Of a stretch of 64,000 nt of DNA, positions 39,682 to 49,207 are shown in pieces (the first letter of the stretch is position 1; each line of letters starts with the position of its first letter). The DNA is from Galbibacter sp. (GTDB lineage: Bacteria; Bacteroidota; Bacteroidia; Flavobacteriales; Flavobacteriaceae), in NCBI RefSeq assembly GCF_035306585.1, contig NZ_DATGNU010000051.1, forward strand, positions 556 to 64,555, in the 5' to 3' direction. Under the pieces are notes generated by a model. That model ran no database searches. It worked only from the letters and a program-made list of their open reading frames with translations, and was not told where the DNA came from. The translations under genes were made by a program, and so were the position numbers.

Positions 39682-39735
39682 TTTTGAGGAAAGATTTGAC
39701 TGATTGCCACCTCGTAAAAAAAGCGCTAAAGCAGT
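39682..39735 (+). promoter_or_regulatory. SAM-II riboswitch upstream of metK
   Basis: GAGG/CCTC P1, GATTTGA-CTG-A-TTGC and GCGCTAAAGCAG pseudoknot partner resembling the SAM-II consensus; TACCTTTG promoter element at 39665-39672. Confidence 0.8.
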
Positions 39736-39803
39736 AATTTACTTCTTTAGGCTTTCTCGGCAGCATACTTTCCAAAGAATAATAGTTTAGATTTTTTAGT
39801 ATT

Positions 39804-41078
39804 ATGGGATATTTATTTACATCGGAGTCCGTAAGTGAAGGACATCCAGATAAAATTGCTGACCAAGTAAGCGACGCTTTATTAGATCATTTCTTAGCTT
39901 TTGATCCAGAGAGTAAGGTTGCATGTGAAACCCTTGTTACCACTGGACAGGTTGTCTTGGCAGGAGAGGTGAAAAGTGGAACCTATCTCGATGTTCAATC
40001 CATTGCTAGAGACGTCATTAACACTATAGGGTACACCAAAGGTGCTTACCAATTTAGCGGTGATTCTTGTGGGGTGATCTCTTTGATCCATGAGCAATCT
40101 CAGGACATAAACCAAGGGGTTGATCGAGCTACTAAAGAACAACAGGGTGCTGGTGATCAAGGAATGATGTTCGGATATGCCACTAATGAAACTGATAATT
40201 ATATGCCTTTGGCCCTGGATATATCGCATAAATTAATGCATACCTTGGCACAGCTTCGCAGAGAAGCAGATCAGATTTCTTACCTAAGACCAGACGCCAA
40301 AGCTCAGGTCACCATTGAATATTCAGATGATAATGTTCCTTTGAGAATCGATACGATTGTCATCTCAACACAACACGATCCTTTTGATAAAGATGACAAG
40401 GTGATGCTAGCGACTATTAAAAAGGACTTGTTGGAAATCTTAATTCCAAGAGTTATTGCCCAGTTGCCTCCGGCAATACAACTCCTCTTTAATGATGATA
40501 TTAAATACTACATCAATCCAACAGGTAAATTTGTTATTGGTGGGCCACATGGGGATACAGGTTTGACTGGAAGAAAAATTATCGTAGATACCTATGGTGG
40601 AAAAGGAGCGCACGGGGGAGGTGCATTTAGCGGTAAAGACCCAAGTAAAGTGGATAGAAGTGCTGCTTATGCCTCGAGACACATTGCAAAAAATTTAGTT
40701 GCGGCAGGAGTAGCAGACGAAATTTTAGTCCAAGTTAGTTACGCTATTGGGGTAGTGGAACCTACGTCTGTTTTTGTAAACACCTACGGTAGTTCTAAAG
40801 TAGATTTGACCGACGGAGAAATCGCAGCAAAAGTCCTGGAGTTATTTGATTTGCGACCTTTTGCCATTGAAGAAAGACTTAAACTCAGAAATCCGATATA
40901 TCTGGAGACCGCTGCCTATGGGCATATGGGTAAAGACCCAGTAACCATTACCAAAGTGTTCGAATCTCCCTATAATGGTAGAGTGGAACGCGAAGTTGAG
41001 TTATTTACCTGGGAAAAGTTAGATTATGTAGAACAAGTTAAAGAAGCGTTCTCATTAATGGAATTTGCACAGAAATAA
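39804..41078 (+). CDS. metK: S-adenosylmethionine synthetase
   Basis: [55 protein letters not shown]. Confidence 0.98.
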   Translation: MGYLFTSESVSEGHPDKIADQVSDALLDHFLAFDPESKVACETLVTTGQVVLAGEVKSGTYLDVQSIARDVINTIGYTKGAYQFSGDSCGVISLIHEQSQDINQGVDRATKEQQGAGDQGMMFGYATNETDNYMPLALDISHKLMHTLAQLRREADQISYLRPDAKAQVTIEYSDDNVPLRIDTIVISTQHDPFDKDDKVMLATIKKDLLEILIPRVIAQLPPAIQLLFNDDIKYYINPTGKFVIGGPHGDTGLTGRKIIVDTYGGKGAHGGGAFSGKDPSKVDRSAAYASRHIAKNLVAAGVADEILVQVSYAIGVVEPTSVFVNTYGSSKVDLTDGEIAAKVLELFDLRPFAIEERLKLRNPIYLETAAYGHMGKDPVTITKVFESPYNGRVEREVELFTWEKLDYVEQVKEAFSLMEFAQK

Positions 41079-41185
41079 AGTGCTTATAATGGCGTAAAAA
41101 ATACCAATGGTAACCTAGTTTATACCTTGAGAACTAAAAAGCGTTTTCTAAAAATTGAACTAAAGTTCAAAAATTTAATGTGATT

Positions 41186-41310
41186 GTTATCAAGAAAGGC
41201 GGAAGGAATAGACCTTGTGATGCCTTAGCAACCCTTAGTGAATGGAAATTCCAATTCACACAACAAGAAGGTGCTACATTCTACTGCGGTGAAAATTGCA
41301 GATAGATAAC
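41186..41310 (+). promoter_or_regulatory. SAM-I riboswitch
   Basis: P1 GTTATC/GATAAC, AAGAAAGGCGGAAGGAATAGACC, GCAACC, AAGGTGCTA; upstream of the metX-thrA fusion. Confidence 0.92.
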
Positions 41311-41448
41311 CCCTATAAGATCCTTCCTTAGAATTTTTTAGACCTTCTCGATAACATTTTGAATTGTCGACAGCGGTATCATCCCTGGCGAAACCAGTAA
41401 TTTGCTGGGTCATATAAACCAATAAGAAAGCATTTAAACTTTAAGAAG

Positions 41449-44400
41449 TTGAAAGAAGAGTTGTTACATATTAAATTAAAGTCCTACACTACCATTAGTG
41501 GGGTAACCCAGGATATTAACTTATCCTATCAATTATTTGGTCAACCCTTACACAGTGCACCAATTGTGATGGTTAATCATGCACTTACGGGAAATTCGAA
41601 TGTCAGTGGGGAAGATGGCTGGTGGAAGGACCTTATCGGAGAAGGAAAAGCCATAGATACAGGGAACTATACCGTCTTGTCCTTTAATATTCCTGGAAAT
41701 GGATATGATGGAACTACTATCGAAAATTATAAAGATTTTGTTGCAAGAGATATCGCTATCATCTTTTTGAGAGGGTTGGAGTATCTTGGAATAAAGAGAT
41801 TATTCGCCCTTATAGGAGGGTCACTTGGAGGCGGGATCGCGTGGGAGATGGCGGCTTTACAACCGAGAATCACACAAAACCTCATTCCAGTGGCAACGGA
41901 TTGGAAATCTACAGATTGGCTCATCGCCAACTGTCAGATACAAGAGCAATTTTTGCTCAATTCCAAACAACCAGTCCATGATGCGAGAATGCATGCCATG
42001 CTATGTTACCGTACACCAGCTTCTTTTAAAGAACGTTTTAAAAGAAGTACCAACGAAGAATTACAGGTATTTAACGTAGAAAGTTGGCTTTTGCATCATG
42101 GTGAAAAACTCCAAAAACGCTTTCAGCTCTCAGCCTACAAACTAATGAACCAGTTGCTCAAAACCATTGATGTAACAAGGGATCGACCAGAACATTTTAA
42201 TGTATTGGAAACCATCGAGGCCAATGTCCACATTATTGGGGTGAGTTCGGATTTATTTTTTACAGCAGAAGAAAATAGAGAAACCTATAAGCAACTAGCA
42301 CGTTCAAGTGATAGAGTTCGCTATGGAGAGGTAGTGTCTGTACACGGACATGATGCCTTTTTAATAGAATTTGAACAATTAGAAAAACTCATAGGAGGGG
42401 TTTTTGAATCCTCTCTAAATAAAAATAAAATGAAAATATTAAAATTTGGTGGCAAGTCTCTAGCCAATGGCCAGGGGATTACCAATGTGGTAGAGATCAT
42501 AAGCAGAAGTGTTCAGAACAAGGAAAGAATTGCCGTAGTTGTTTCTGCTAGAAATAACGCCACCAATGAACTTGAGAATATTTTGGAGACTGCAGCATCC
42601 AAGCAGGATTATGTACATTTATTAGATGCTTTTAAGAAGTATCAGTTGCAAGATTTTCCATATGTAGATCTATCGAGTGAGTTTGATAAACTTGAAAAAT
42701 TGTTCTCGGGAGTACATCTATTGGGTGATTATAGCCAAAAAATCAAGGATGAGATCCTAGCACAAGGGGAACTCATCGCTGCTAAACTTGTGACTCAGAT
42801 TCTTAATAAAAGGGGGATTCCAGCAAATTTTACCGATTCACGAGCACTGATTGTGACAGATGAAAAATTTGGAAATGCCCAACCATTGGAGAAAGTGTCT
42901 AAAGAAAGGGTGCTTAAACATTTTGCTACTCATAATGGGAATACGGTAAATATAGTCACTGGGTTTATCGGATCCAATGAAAAAAATGAAACCACCACCC
43001 TGGGAAGAAACGGGAGTAATTATACGGCCGCTCTATTGGCAAATTTCTTGGATGCTGGAGAGCTTCAAAATTTTACCCATGTGGATGGTATATTCACGGC
43101 CAATCCTGATTTAGTCCCAACGGCGCAACGCATAGAAGAACTGTCTTTTAACGAGGCAAATGAATTAGCTAATTTTGGTGCAACTATCCTACATGCTAAA
43201 ACCATCATACCGCTAATTGAGAAAAACATACCACTTCGCATCCTTAACACTTTTAATCCAGATTGTAGTGGGACCTTAATAACTGCTACACCGAAGAAGC
43301 AGGGCATGAAATCACTTTCCATTTTTGAGAATATGGCTCTGGTGAACCTAGAAGGAAGAGGGCTTTTGGGAAAAGCAGGGGTGGATGCTCGTATATTTAA
43401 TGCCTTAGGCAAACGAGAAATAAGTGTTAGTATTATCTCTCAAGGATCCTCCGAAAGAGGAATTGGACTTGTAGTAAATGCGAAGGATGCTACAGAAGCG
43501 GTAATTGCCCTGGAGCGAGAATTTGAATATGATTTCTATTCCAAAGATGTAAATAAAATTGCGGTGGTAGATGATGTTTCAGTGATCTCTATCATTGGAC
43601 TTGACCTGAGTAGTTTCCATAAACCATATAATGCACTTATCAAAAACCAAGTTGTGCCGATATTGTTCAACAACACTGTAACTGGTAAAAATGTGAGTTT
43701 GGTTGTGAAAAGATCGGAACTTCACAAGGCTTTGAATGTAATTCATGGTGAGGTCTTTGAAATATCTAAAAAGATCAACATTGCCGTATTTGGTCACGGC
43801 TTAGTTGGAGGAACTTTAATAAATCAAATCCTTGATTCGGCGTCAAATATAGAAGATCGCAAAAAAATAAAACTCAACATTTTTGCGGTAGCGAATTCCA
43901 AAAAGCTATTATTGAACAGCGAAGGTATTGATGTCAATTGGAAGTTAGCTATTGAGAATAGTGAAACGGTCTCTTCCATAGAAACATTGATTAATTACAC
44001 CAAGGCACATCATTTAGAAAACCTAATTGCAGTTGACAATACCGCAAGTGAACAGTTTGTTGAAAACTACAAATTGCTAATTGAAAATGGGTTCGATTTG
44101 GTGTCTTCAAATAAGATTGCTAACACCCTTAGTTTCGATTTTTACAAAAACCTGCGAGCACTTTTAGAAAAGAACCAAAAGCAATACTTGTATGAGACCA
44201 ATGTAGGAGCTGGATTACCTTTAATTGATACCATTCGCATTTTGCACCTATCAGGAGAAAATATCACCAGAATTAGAGGTGTATTCTCAGGGACTTTAAG
44301 CTATTTGTTCAACCGATTTTCAGCCGAACAAGTACCCTTTAGTGAAGTGTTACAACAAACTATTACCAAAGGATTTACGGAGCCTGATCCAAGAGAAGAC

Positions 44401-44844
44401 CTCTATGGTAATGATGTAGGTCGTAAATTATTAATTCTGGCCCGGGAGCTGGATCTTCAGAATGAATTTGAAGATGTCAATATAGAAAACCTCGTCCCGG
44501 AACATCTTAGGGATAAAAGTGTGGAAGCCTTCCTGGAAAATTTAGAAGAATTTAATCCTATCTACCAAGCACTTAAAGAGCAACAATTGGAAGGTCATGT
44601 GCTGCGTTATGTGGGAGATCTTCACGGTGATTTGCAAAAGGAAAAAGGAACACTAGATGTTAAACTTGTCTCTGTACCAGCCAATAGTGTGTTAGGACAA
44701 GTCAAGGGAGCGGATTCTATTTTTGAAATTTACACCGAATCCTATGGTGATCGCCCTATTGTTATACAAGGTGCAGGTGCAGGAGCAGCTGTGACCGCCA
44801 GAGGTGTCTTCGGTGATATTCTCAAACTTACCGAAAAGGGATAA
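41449..44844 (+). CDS. thrA: Trifunctional fusion: homoserine O-acyltransferase (MetX) + aspartokinase/homoserine dehydrogenase
   Basis: aa 1-320: NHALTG, GGSLGG, HGHDAFL (alpha/beta hydrolase MetX); from aa 328: LKFGG, TTTLGRNGSNY, ACT domains, GHGLVGG, YETNVGAGLP, EPDPREDL, GAGAAVTA. Confidence 0.93.
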   Translation: MKEELLHIKLKSYTTISGVTQDINLSYQLFGQPLHSAPIVMVNHALTGNSNVSGEDGWWKDLIGEGKAIDTGNYTVLSFNIPGNGYDGTTIENYKDFVARDIAIIFLRGLEYLGIKRLFALIGGSLGGGIAWEMAALQPRITQNLIPVATDWKSTDWLIANCQIQEQFLLNSKQPVHDARMHAMLCYRTPASFKERFKRSTNEELQVFNVESWLLHHGEKLQKRFQLSAYKLMNQLLKTIDVTRDRPEHFNVLETIEANVHIIGVSSDLFFTAEENRETYKQLARSSDRVRYGEVVSVHGHDAFLIEFEQLEKLIGGVFESSLNKNKMKILKFGGKSLANGQGITNVVEIISRSVQNKERIAVVVSARNNATNELENILETAASKQDYVHLLDAFKKYQLQDFPYVDLSSEFDKLEKLFSGVHLLGDYSQKIKDEILAQGELIAAKLVTQILNKRGIPANFTDSRALIVTDEKFGNAQPLEKVSKERVLKHFATHNGNTVNIVTGFIGSNEKNETTTLGRNGSNYTAALLANFLDAGELQNFTHVDGIFTANPDLVPTAQRIEELSFNEANELANFGATILHAKTIIPLIEKNIPLRILNTFNPDCSGTLITATPKKQGMKSLSIFENMALVNLEGRGLLGKAGVDARIFNALGKREISVSIISQGSSERGIGLVVNAKDATEAVIALEREFEYDFYSKDVNKIAVVDDVSVISIIGLDLSSFHKPYNALIKNQVVPILFNNTVTGKNVSLVVKRSELHKALNVIHGEVFEISKKINIAVFGHGLVGGTLINQILDSASNIEDRKKIKLNIFAVANSKKLLLNSEGIDVNWKLAIENSETVSSIETLINYTKAHHLENLIAVDNTASEQFVENYKLLIENGFDLVSSNKIANTLSFDFYKNLRALLEKNQKQYLYETNVGAGLPLIDTIRILHLSGENITRIRGVFSGTLSYLFNRFSAEQVPFSEVLQQTITKGFTEPDPREDLYGNDVGRKLLILARELDLQNEFEDVNIENLVPEHLRDKSVEAFLENLEEFNPIYQALKEQQLEGHVLRYVGDLHGDLQKEKGTLDVKLVSVPANSVLGQVKGADSIFEIYTESYGDRPIVIQGAGAGAAVTARGVFGDILKLTEKG

Positions 44845-44942
44845 AAGTACAAAGCAAGCAATGCATTTATAAAACATAAGAAATACCAATCACTGAATTT
44901 TAAACCAGGGTTTTCAAGCCCAATTGTCTTTAACATCAACAC

Positions 44943-46112
44943 ATGAGTACAAAGCATTTTGAAACCGACGCGATTAGAACGCAGATTAGCCGAACTGAAT
45001 TTTTAGAGCACAGCGCTCCGATGTACATTACCTCGAGTTTTGTTTTTGACGATGCTGAAGAAATGCGTACCGCTTTTACGGGTGAAAATCCACGTAATAT
45101 ATACAGTAGGTTTACCAATCCAAATACTACTGAATTTGTAGAGAAAGTATGCAAAATGGAAGGCGCAGAAGCAGGTTATGCATTTGCAACAGGAATGGCT
45201 GCTGTTTTTTCATCTCTTGCCGCTTTGCTCGATAGTGGGGATCATATTATTTCTGCTCGATCCGTTTTTGGATCCACACATACTTTATTTACCAAGTATC
45301 TTCCCAAATGGAATATCGAAACAAGCTATTTTAATGTAGATCAACCAGCGCAAATAGAAAGCTTAATTCGTCCTACTACTAAAATATTATTTGCCGAAAC
45401 ACCGACCAATCCTGGGGTTGATATCCTAGATTTAGCCTATTTGGGTGAGGTTGCTAAAGAACATAACTTAATCTTGATTATCGATAATTGTTTTGCAACC
45501 CCGTATCTGCAACGACCTATTGAGTTTGGTGCTGATCTTGTTATTCACTCGGCAACTAAATTAATGGACGGGCAAGGAAGAGTACTCGGTGGAATTACAG
45601 TAGGTTCAGAGGCGTTAGTAAACCAGATATATTTATTTTCTAGAAATACAGGTCCAGCAATGTCTCCGTTTAATGCGTGGGTGTTGTCCAAGAGCTTGGA
45701 GACACTAGCGGTACGGATAGATCGTCATTGCGCTAATGCCTTAAAGGTTGCCAGGTTTTTAGAAGGACATCCAAAGGTGAACTATGTCAAATATCCGTTT
45801 TTAAAATCCCATCCACAGTATGAAATTGCTAAAAAACAAATGAGCCAAGGTGGTAGCATATTAGCTTTCGAAATCAAAGGTGGAGTGGAAGCAGGGAGAA
45901 AATTTTTAAATGCTATTAAATTATGCTCTTTGACTTCCAATTTAGGCGATACTAGAACCATAGTGACCCATCCAGCCTCTACCACACATAGTAAGCTCTC
46001 GGCGGAAGATCGTCAAGAGGTAGGGATCTCTGACGGCTTAGTAAGAGTGTCCATTGGACTCGAGCACCAAGAAGATATTATTGCTGATCTTAAACAAGCC
46101 TTGGAGGCTTAA
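44943..46112 (+). CDS. metZ: O-acylhomoserine sulfhydrylase (MetZ-like, PLP-dependent trans-sulfuration family)
   Basis: YSRFTNP, ATGMAA, ETPTNP, DNCFATP, HSATK, NLGD..T..THPASTTH. Confidence 0.8.
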   Translation: MSTKHFETDAIRTQISRTEFLEHSAPMYITSSFVFDDAEEMRTAFTGENPRNIYSRFTNPNTTEFVEKVCKMEGAEAGYAFATGMAAVFSSLAALLDSGDHIISARSVFGSTHTLFTKYLPKWNIETSYFNVDQPAQIESLIRPTTKILFAETPTNPGVDILDLAYLGEVAKEHNLILIIDNCFATPYLQRPIEFGADLVIHSATKLMDGQGRVLGGITVGSEALVNQIYLFSRNTGPAMSPFNAWVLSKSLETLAVRIDRHCANALKVARFLEGHPKVNYVKYPFLKSHPQYEIAKKQMSQGGSILAFEIKGGVEAGRKFLNAIKLCSLTSNLGDTRTIVTHPASTTHSKLSAEDRQEVGISDGLVRVSIGLEHQEDIIADLKQALEA

Positions 46113-46131
46113 TTTGAGCAGTTTAGAAAGC

Positions 46132-46174
46132 CATTTCAAAGGCCATTTTAAAATCTAAAATAGCCTTTGAAATG
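46132..46174. terminator. Hairpin between convergent metZ and glf
   Basis: CATTTCAAAGGC...GCCTTTGAAATG inverted repeat. Confidence 0.65.
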
Positions 46175-46309
46175 CTATTTGACTAGTCCTTTTTAGGTAG
46201 ATAGAAACAGTAGTTGAATTTTATCAAGGCAGATTCTAACGATTGAATTCTGTTTATCGCCAACATTTAGCTCGTGCTTGGAAGTAGTTTTATCAAGCCT
46301 TCAGTTTAT

Positions 46310-47416
46310 TTACAGCGAGCTCAGCACTTTCTTGGATTTGCTCAGGGCTGAACCAATGACTTGATGCATGTCGTAATATTTGTACTCTGCCAGCCGACCA
46401 CCAAAAATAACATTAGGCGTTGCTTGAGCGAGTTGTTTGTATTTTACATATAAATTGTTATTGTCTTGGTTATTAATAGGGTAGTACGGTTCATTAGAAG
46501 TAGAACCCTGTAATGGGTATTCTCTTGTAATTACAGTGCTTTTTTGGGATCCAAACTCAAAATGTTTATGTTCGATAATTCTGGTGAACGGTACCTCGGA
46601 AGAAGTATAATTCACCACGGCGTTTCCTTGATAATTCTCCATAGGAAGTGTTTGGTGTTTAAATTCAAGACTTCGATAGGAAAGCTTTCCGTACTGGAAA
46701 TTAAAATATTCATCTATTTTACCAGTGAATACGATGTGTTGCGCTTTGGAATCCAAGGTTTCTTTATTTTTAAAATAATCTACTCCAGTTTTCGTTTCAA
46801 TACCTTCTAATAAACCTTGGGTGATTTTGTTATAACCACCTATCGGGATTCCTTGGTACTTGTCATTGAAATAGTTATTGTCAAATGTAAATCGCAATGG
46901 AAGGCGCTTGATTATAAAGGCTGGTAACTGGGTAGCTGGACAGCCCCACTGTTTTTCAGTATACCCTTTTATTAATTTCTCATAAATATCTTTCCCAACT
47001 AATGAAAGTGCTTGCTCTTCCAAGTTTTTTGGCTGTTGAAATCCGTACTGTGCAACTTGTTCATTGATGATCTTTTGAGCCTCCTGCGGTGTTCTTGTGC
47101 CCCATAGTTGATAGAAGGTATTCATATTAAAAGGCAAATTGTACAATGTACCTTCATGCGATGCAATGGGTGAGTTGGTGTAGCGGTTAAACTCAGCAAA
47201 ACTATTTACAAAGTCCCATATTTCTTTATCGTTGGTGTGAAAAATGTGTGCGCCATATTTATGAACATTCACCCCATCAACATTCTCGCAGTAGATATTC
47301 CCTCCTAAATGTTCCCTTTTGTCAATCACAAGACATTTTTTTCCAGCCTTTTTGGCTTGATGTGCAAAAACGGAACCAAAAAGGCCAGCTCCAACAATTA
47401 AAAAGTCATATTCCAT
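46310..47416 (-). CDS. glf: UDP-galactopyranose mutase
   Basis: IVGAGLFG, HKYGAHIFHT, YTEKQWG, YF.D.YQGIP, EPYYP, GRLAEYKYYDM. Confidence 0.97.
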   Translation of the reverse strand: MEYDFLIVGAGLFGSVFAHQAKKAGKKCLVIDKREHLGGNIYCENVDGVNVHKYGAHIFHTNDKEIWDFVNSFAEFNRYTNSPIASHEGTLYNLPFNMNTFYQLWGTRTPQEAQKIINEQVAQYGFQQPKNLEEQALSLVGKDIYEKLIKGYTEKQWGCPATQLPAFIIKRLPLRFTFDNNYFNDKYQGIPIGGYNKITQGLLEGIETKTGVDYFKNKETLDSKAQHIVFTGKIDEYFNFQYGKLSYRSLEFKHQTLPMENYQGNAVVNYTSSEVPFTRIIEHKHFEFGSQKSTVITREYPLQGSTSNEPYYPINNQDNNNLYVKYKQLAQATPNVIFGGRLAEYKYYDMHQVIGSALSKSKKVLSSL

Positions 47417-47859
47417 AAACTACAGTTTTCTGTGCGCTGTAGGACAAAGATATTACTTTTGGACTAAAACCTAGGCTACTTTAAAAAGGCAGATGAAGGG
47501 AAGGTTCTTTTGTTTCCAATGTTTTTTTAATTTTAGACCCTTGTCTTTTAGTTATGGTGTTTATTCCCAATTCTTTGAAATAGCAATTTTGTTGCCCTGT
47601 GCTCACCACCTATTCTTAACATTTTAAAATCAACAAGTGCTGAAGTTGGACACGCTCATAGGATAAGCGGGTGTTTAATTTTTGGTGGTAGTGTCTCTTA
47701 CCTTGCGCCTTATTTGGGATGGTATGAACGTCGTTCGTTTTTTCACTGATGTTTAGTACAAAAAGAGTCACAGGCTCCTAGCAATCAAATTTAAATTTTG
47801 AATTCGACCATAAGGATGAAGGGTAAAATCCTATATTTGTCAACAGGAGTAATTATACT

Positions 47860-48927
47860 TTGACCGCTAGCAAAGGTGTAAACATTAGAATTTTGAACAA
47901 TATTTTTTATATATCGAGAAATTACCGGCCCACAAACAATGCTGCCAACAAGCCTAAAACGGATATTGAACATATCCTGGATTCGATGGGGATCCGAAAT
48001 TTAGGACTAAAACAATCTCGTATCAGGAGCTCTGCATTAGGAGCTATTATTAGTTTTTTGAGTATTACCAAAGGATTGTTGCTTTTGCCCTCAAAATCCT
48101 ATCTTGTGGTGCAATATCCGCTTAGTAAGTATTACAACTATATCACATGGGGGGCTCGGGTAAAGGGAAGTAAAATCCTACTAGTAATTCATGATGTTCA
48201 TTCGCTAATGAAAGGTAAGTTAGCTGTAGAAAAAGAAATGAAGCGCTTTAATATTGCCGATAAGATTATTGTTCATAACGATGCCATGAAAAGCTGGTTT
48301 GAGGAACAAGGTTGTACCGCCACCTTAAAGACACTGGAGTTATTTGATTACCTAAATACGTTGGATCTGAGGATTGACCGAAAAACTGAACTTCAAAAGC
48401 CTTACCAATTAGTTGTTGCTGGAGGCCTTACCATTGATAAGAGCGCCTTTATTTATAAGATGCAGCAACAAAAGGTGAAAAATTATTTTTTCAACCTATA
48501 TGGAAATGGGTTCTCAAAGGAAAATTTAGATCCGCAGAAGAAATTATTACACTACCAGGGAAGCTTTCCACCTGATGAGGTGGCCCAGTATTTAAAAGGT
48601 CATTTCGGATTGGTCTGGGGAGGAAACTCTGTGGAGAAGTGTAGTGGTATTTTAGGAGAATACCTTAAGTACAATAACCCACATAAAACCTCCCTGTACT
48701 TATTATGTGGCCTTCCCATCATTATTTGGGATAAAGCAGCCATTGCACCCTATATAGTTTCTCAAGGCGCTGGAATAGCAATTTCATCATTACTACAACT
48801 CGATGACATCCTAGAGAACTTGACACTAGAGGACTATCAATCAATGAACAATCGCGCTATAGAACTCAGAGAGAAAATTACCACTGGAGGATTCCTTAAA
48901 GCGGCTATTGGAAAATTCGAGCTTTAA
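47860..48927 (+). CDS. Putative galactofuranosyltransferase
   Basis: VVQYP, IHD, IVHN..M, LFDYL, FGLVW.G, YLKYNNPHKTSLYL..GLPIIIW; divergent from glf. Start may be TTG at 47893. Confidence 0.8.
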   Translation: MTASKGVNIRILNNIFYISRNYRPTNNAANKPKTDIEHILDSMGIRNLGLKQSRIRSSALGAIISFLSITKGLLLLPSKSYLVVQYPLSKYYNYITWGARVKGSKILLVIHDVHSLMKGKLAVEKEMKRFNIADKIIVHNDAMKSWFEEQGCTATLKTLELFDYLNTLDLRIDRKTELQKPYQLVVAGGLTIDKSAFIYKMQQQKVKNYFFNLYGNGFSKENLDPQKKLLHYQGSFPPDEVAQYLKGHFGLVWGGNSVEKCSGILGEYLKYNNPHKTSLYLLCGLPIIIWDKAAIAPYIVSQGAGIAISSLLQLDDILENLTLEDYQSMNNRAIELREKITTGGFLKAAIGKFEL

Positions 48928-49040
48928 AAGCGCATGGTGGATTGTGATATAATGCTCTTCGATGTGATATTTTAGTTAAAAATCCACAAATTCATTTGTG
49001 TTTTTAGAATTAAATAGTACTTTCGCTTCATAATTCTATT

Positions 49041-49061
49041 AGTCTATAGATTTAGTAGACT
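49041..49061. promoter_or_regulatory. Inverted repeat, candidate repressor operator
   Basis: AGTCTA-N9-TAGACT upstream of the sulfite reductase operon. Confidence 0.4.
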
Positions 49062-49207
49062 GTTAGGATGTCATCATAGGTAGTACTATATGGTATGCCT
49101 TTAGGTGTTTAGAACCAAAGACTGGATTATTGACCAATACATGTCTTAATGTTTTTTGCCTTCGGGTAGTGGAACGAGTCCAAAAGAACAAAAAATAAAA
49201 GTAAAGT

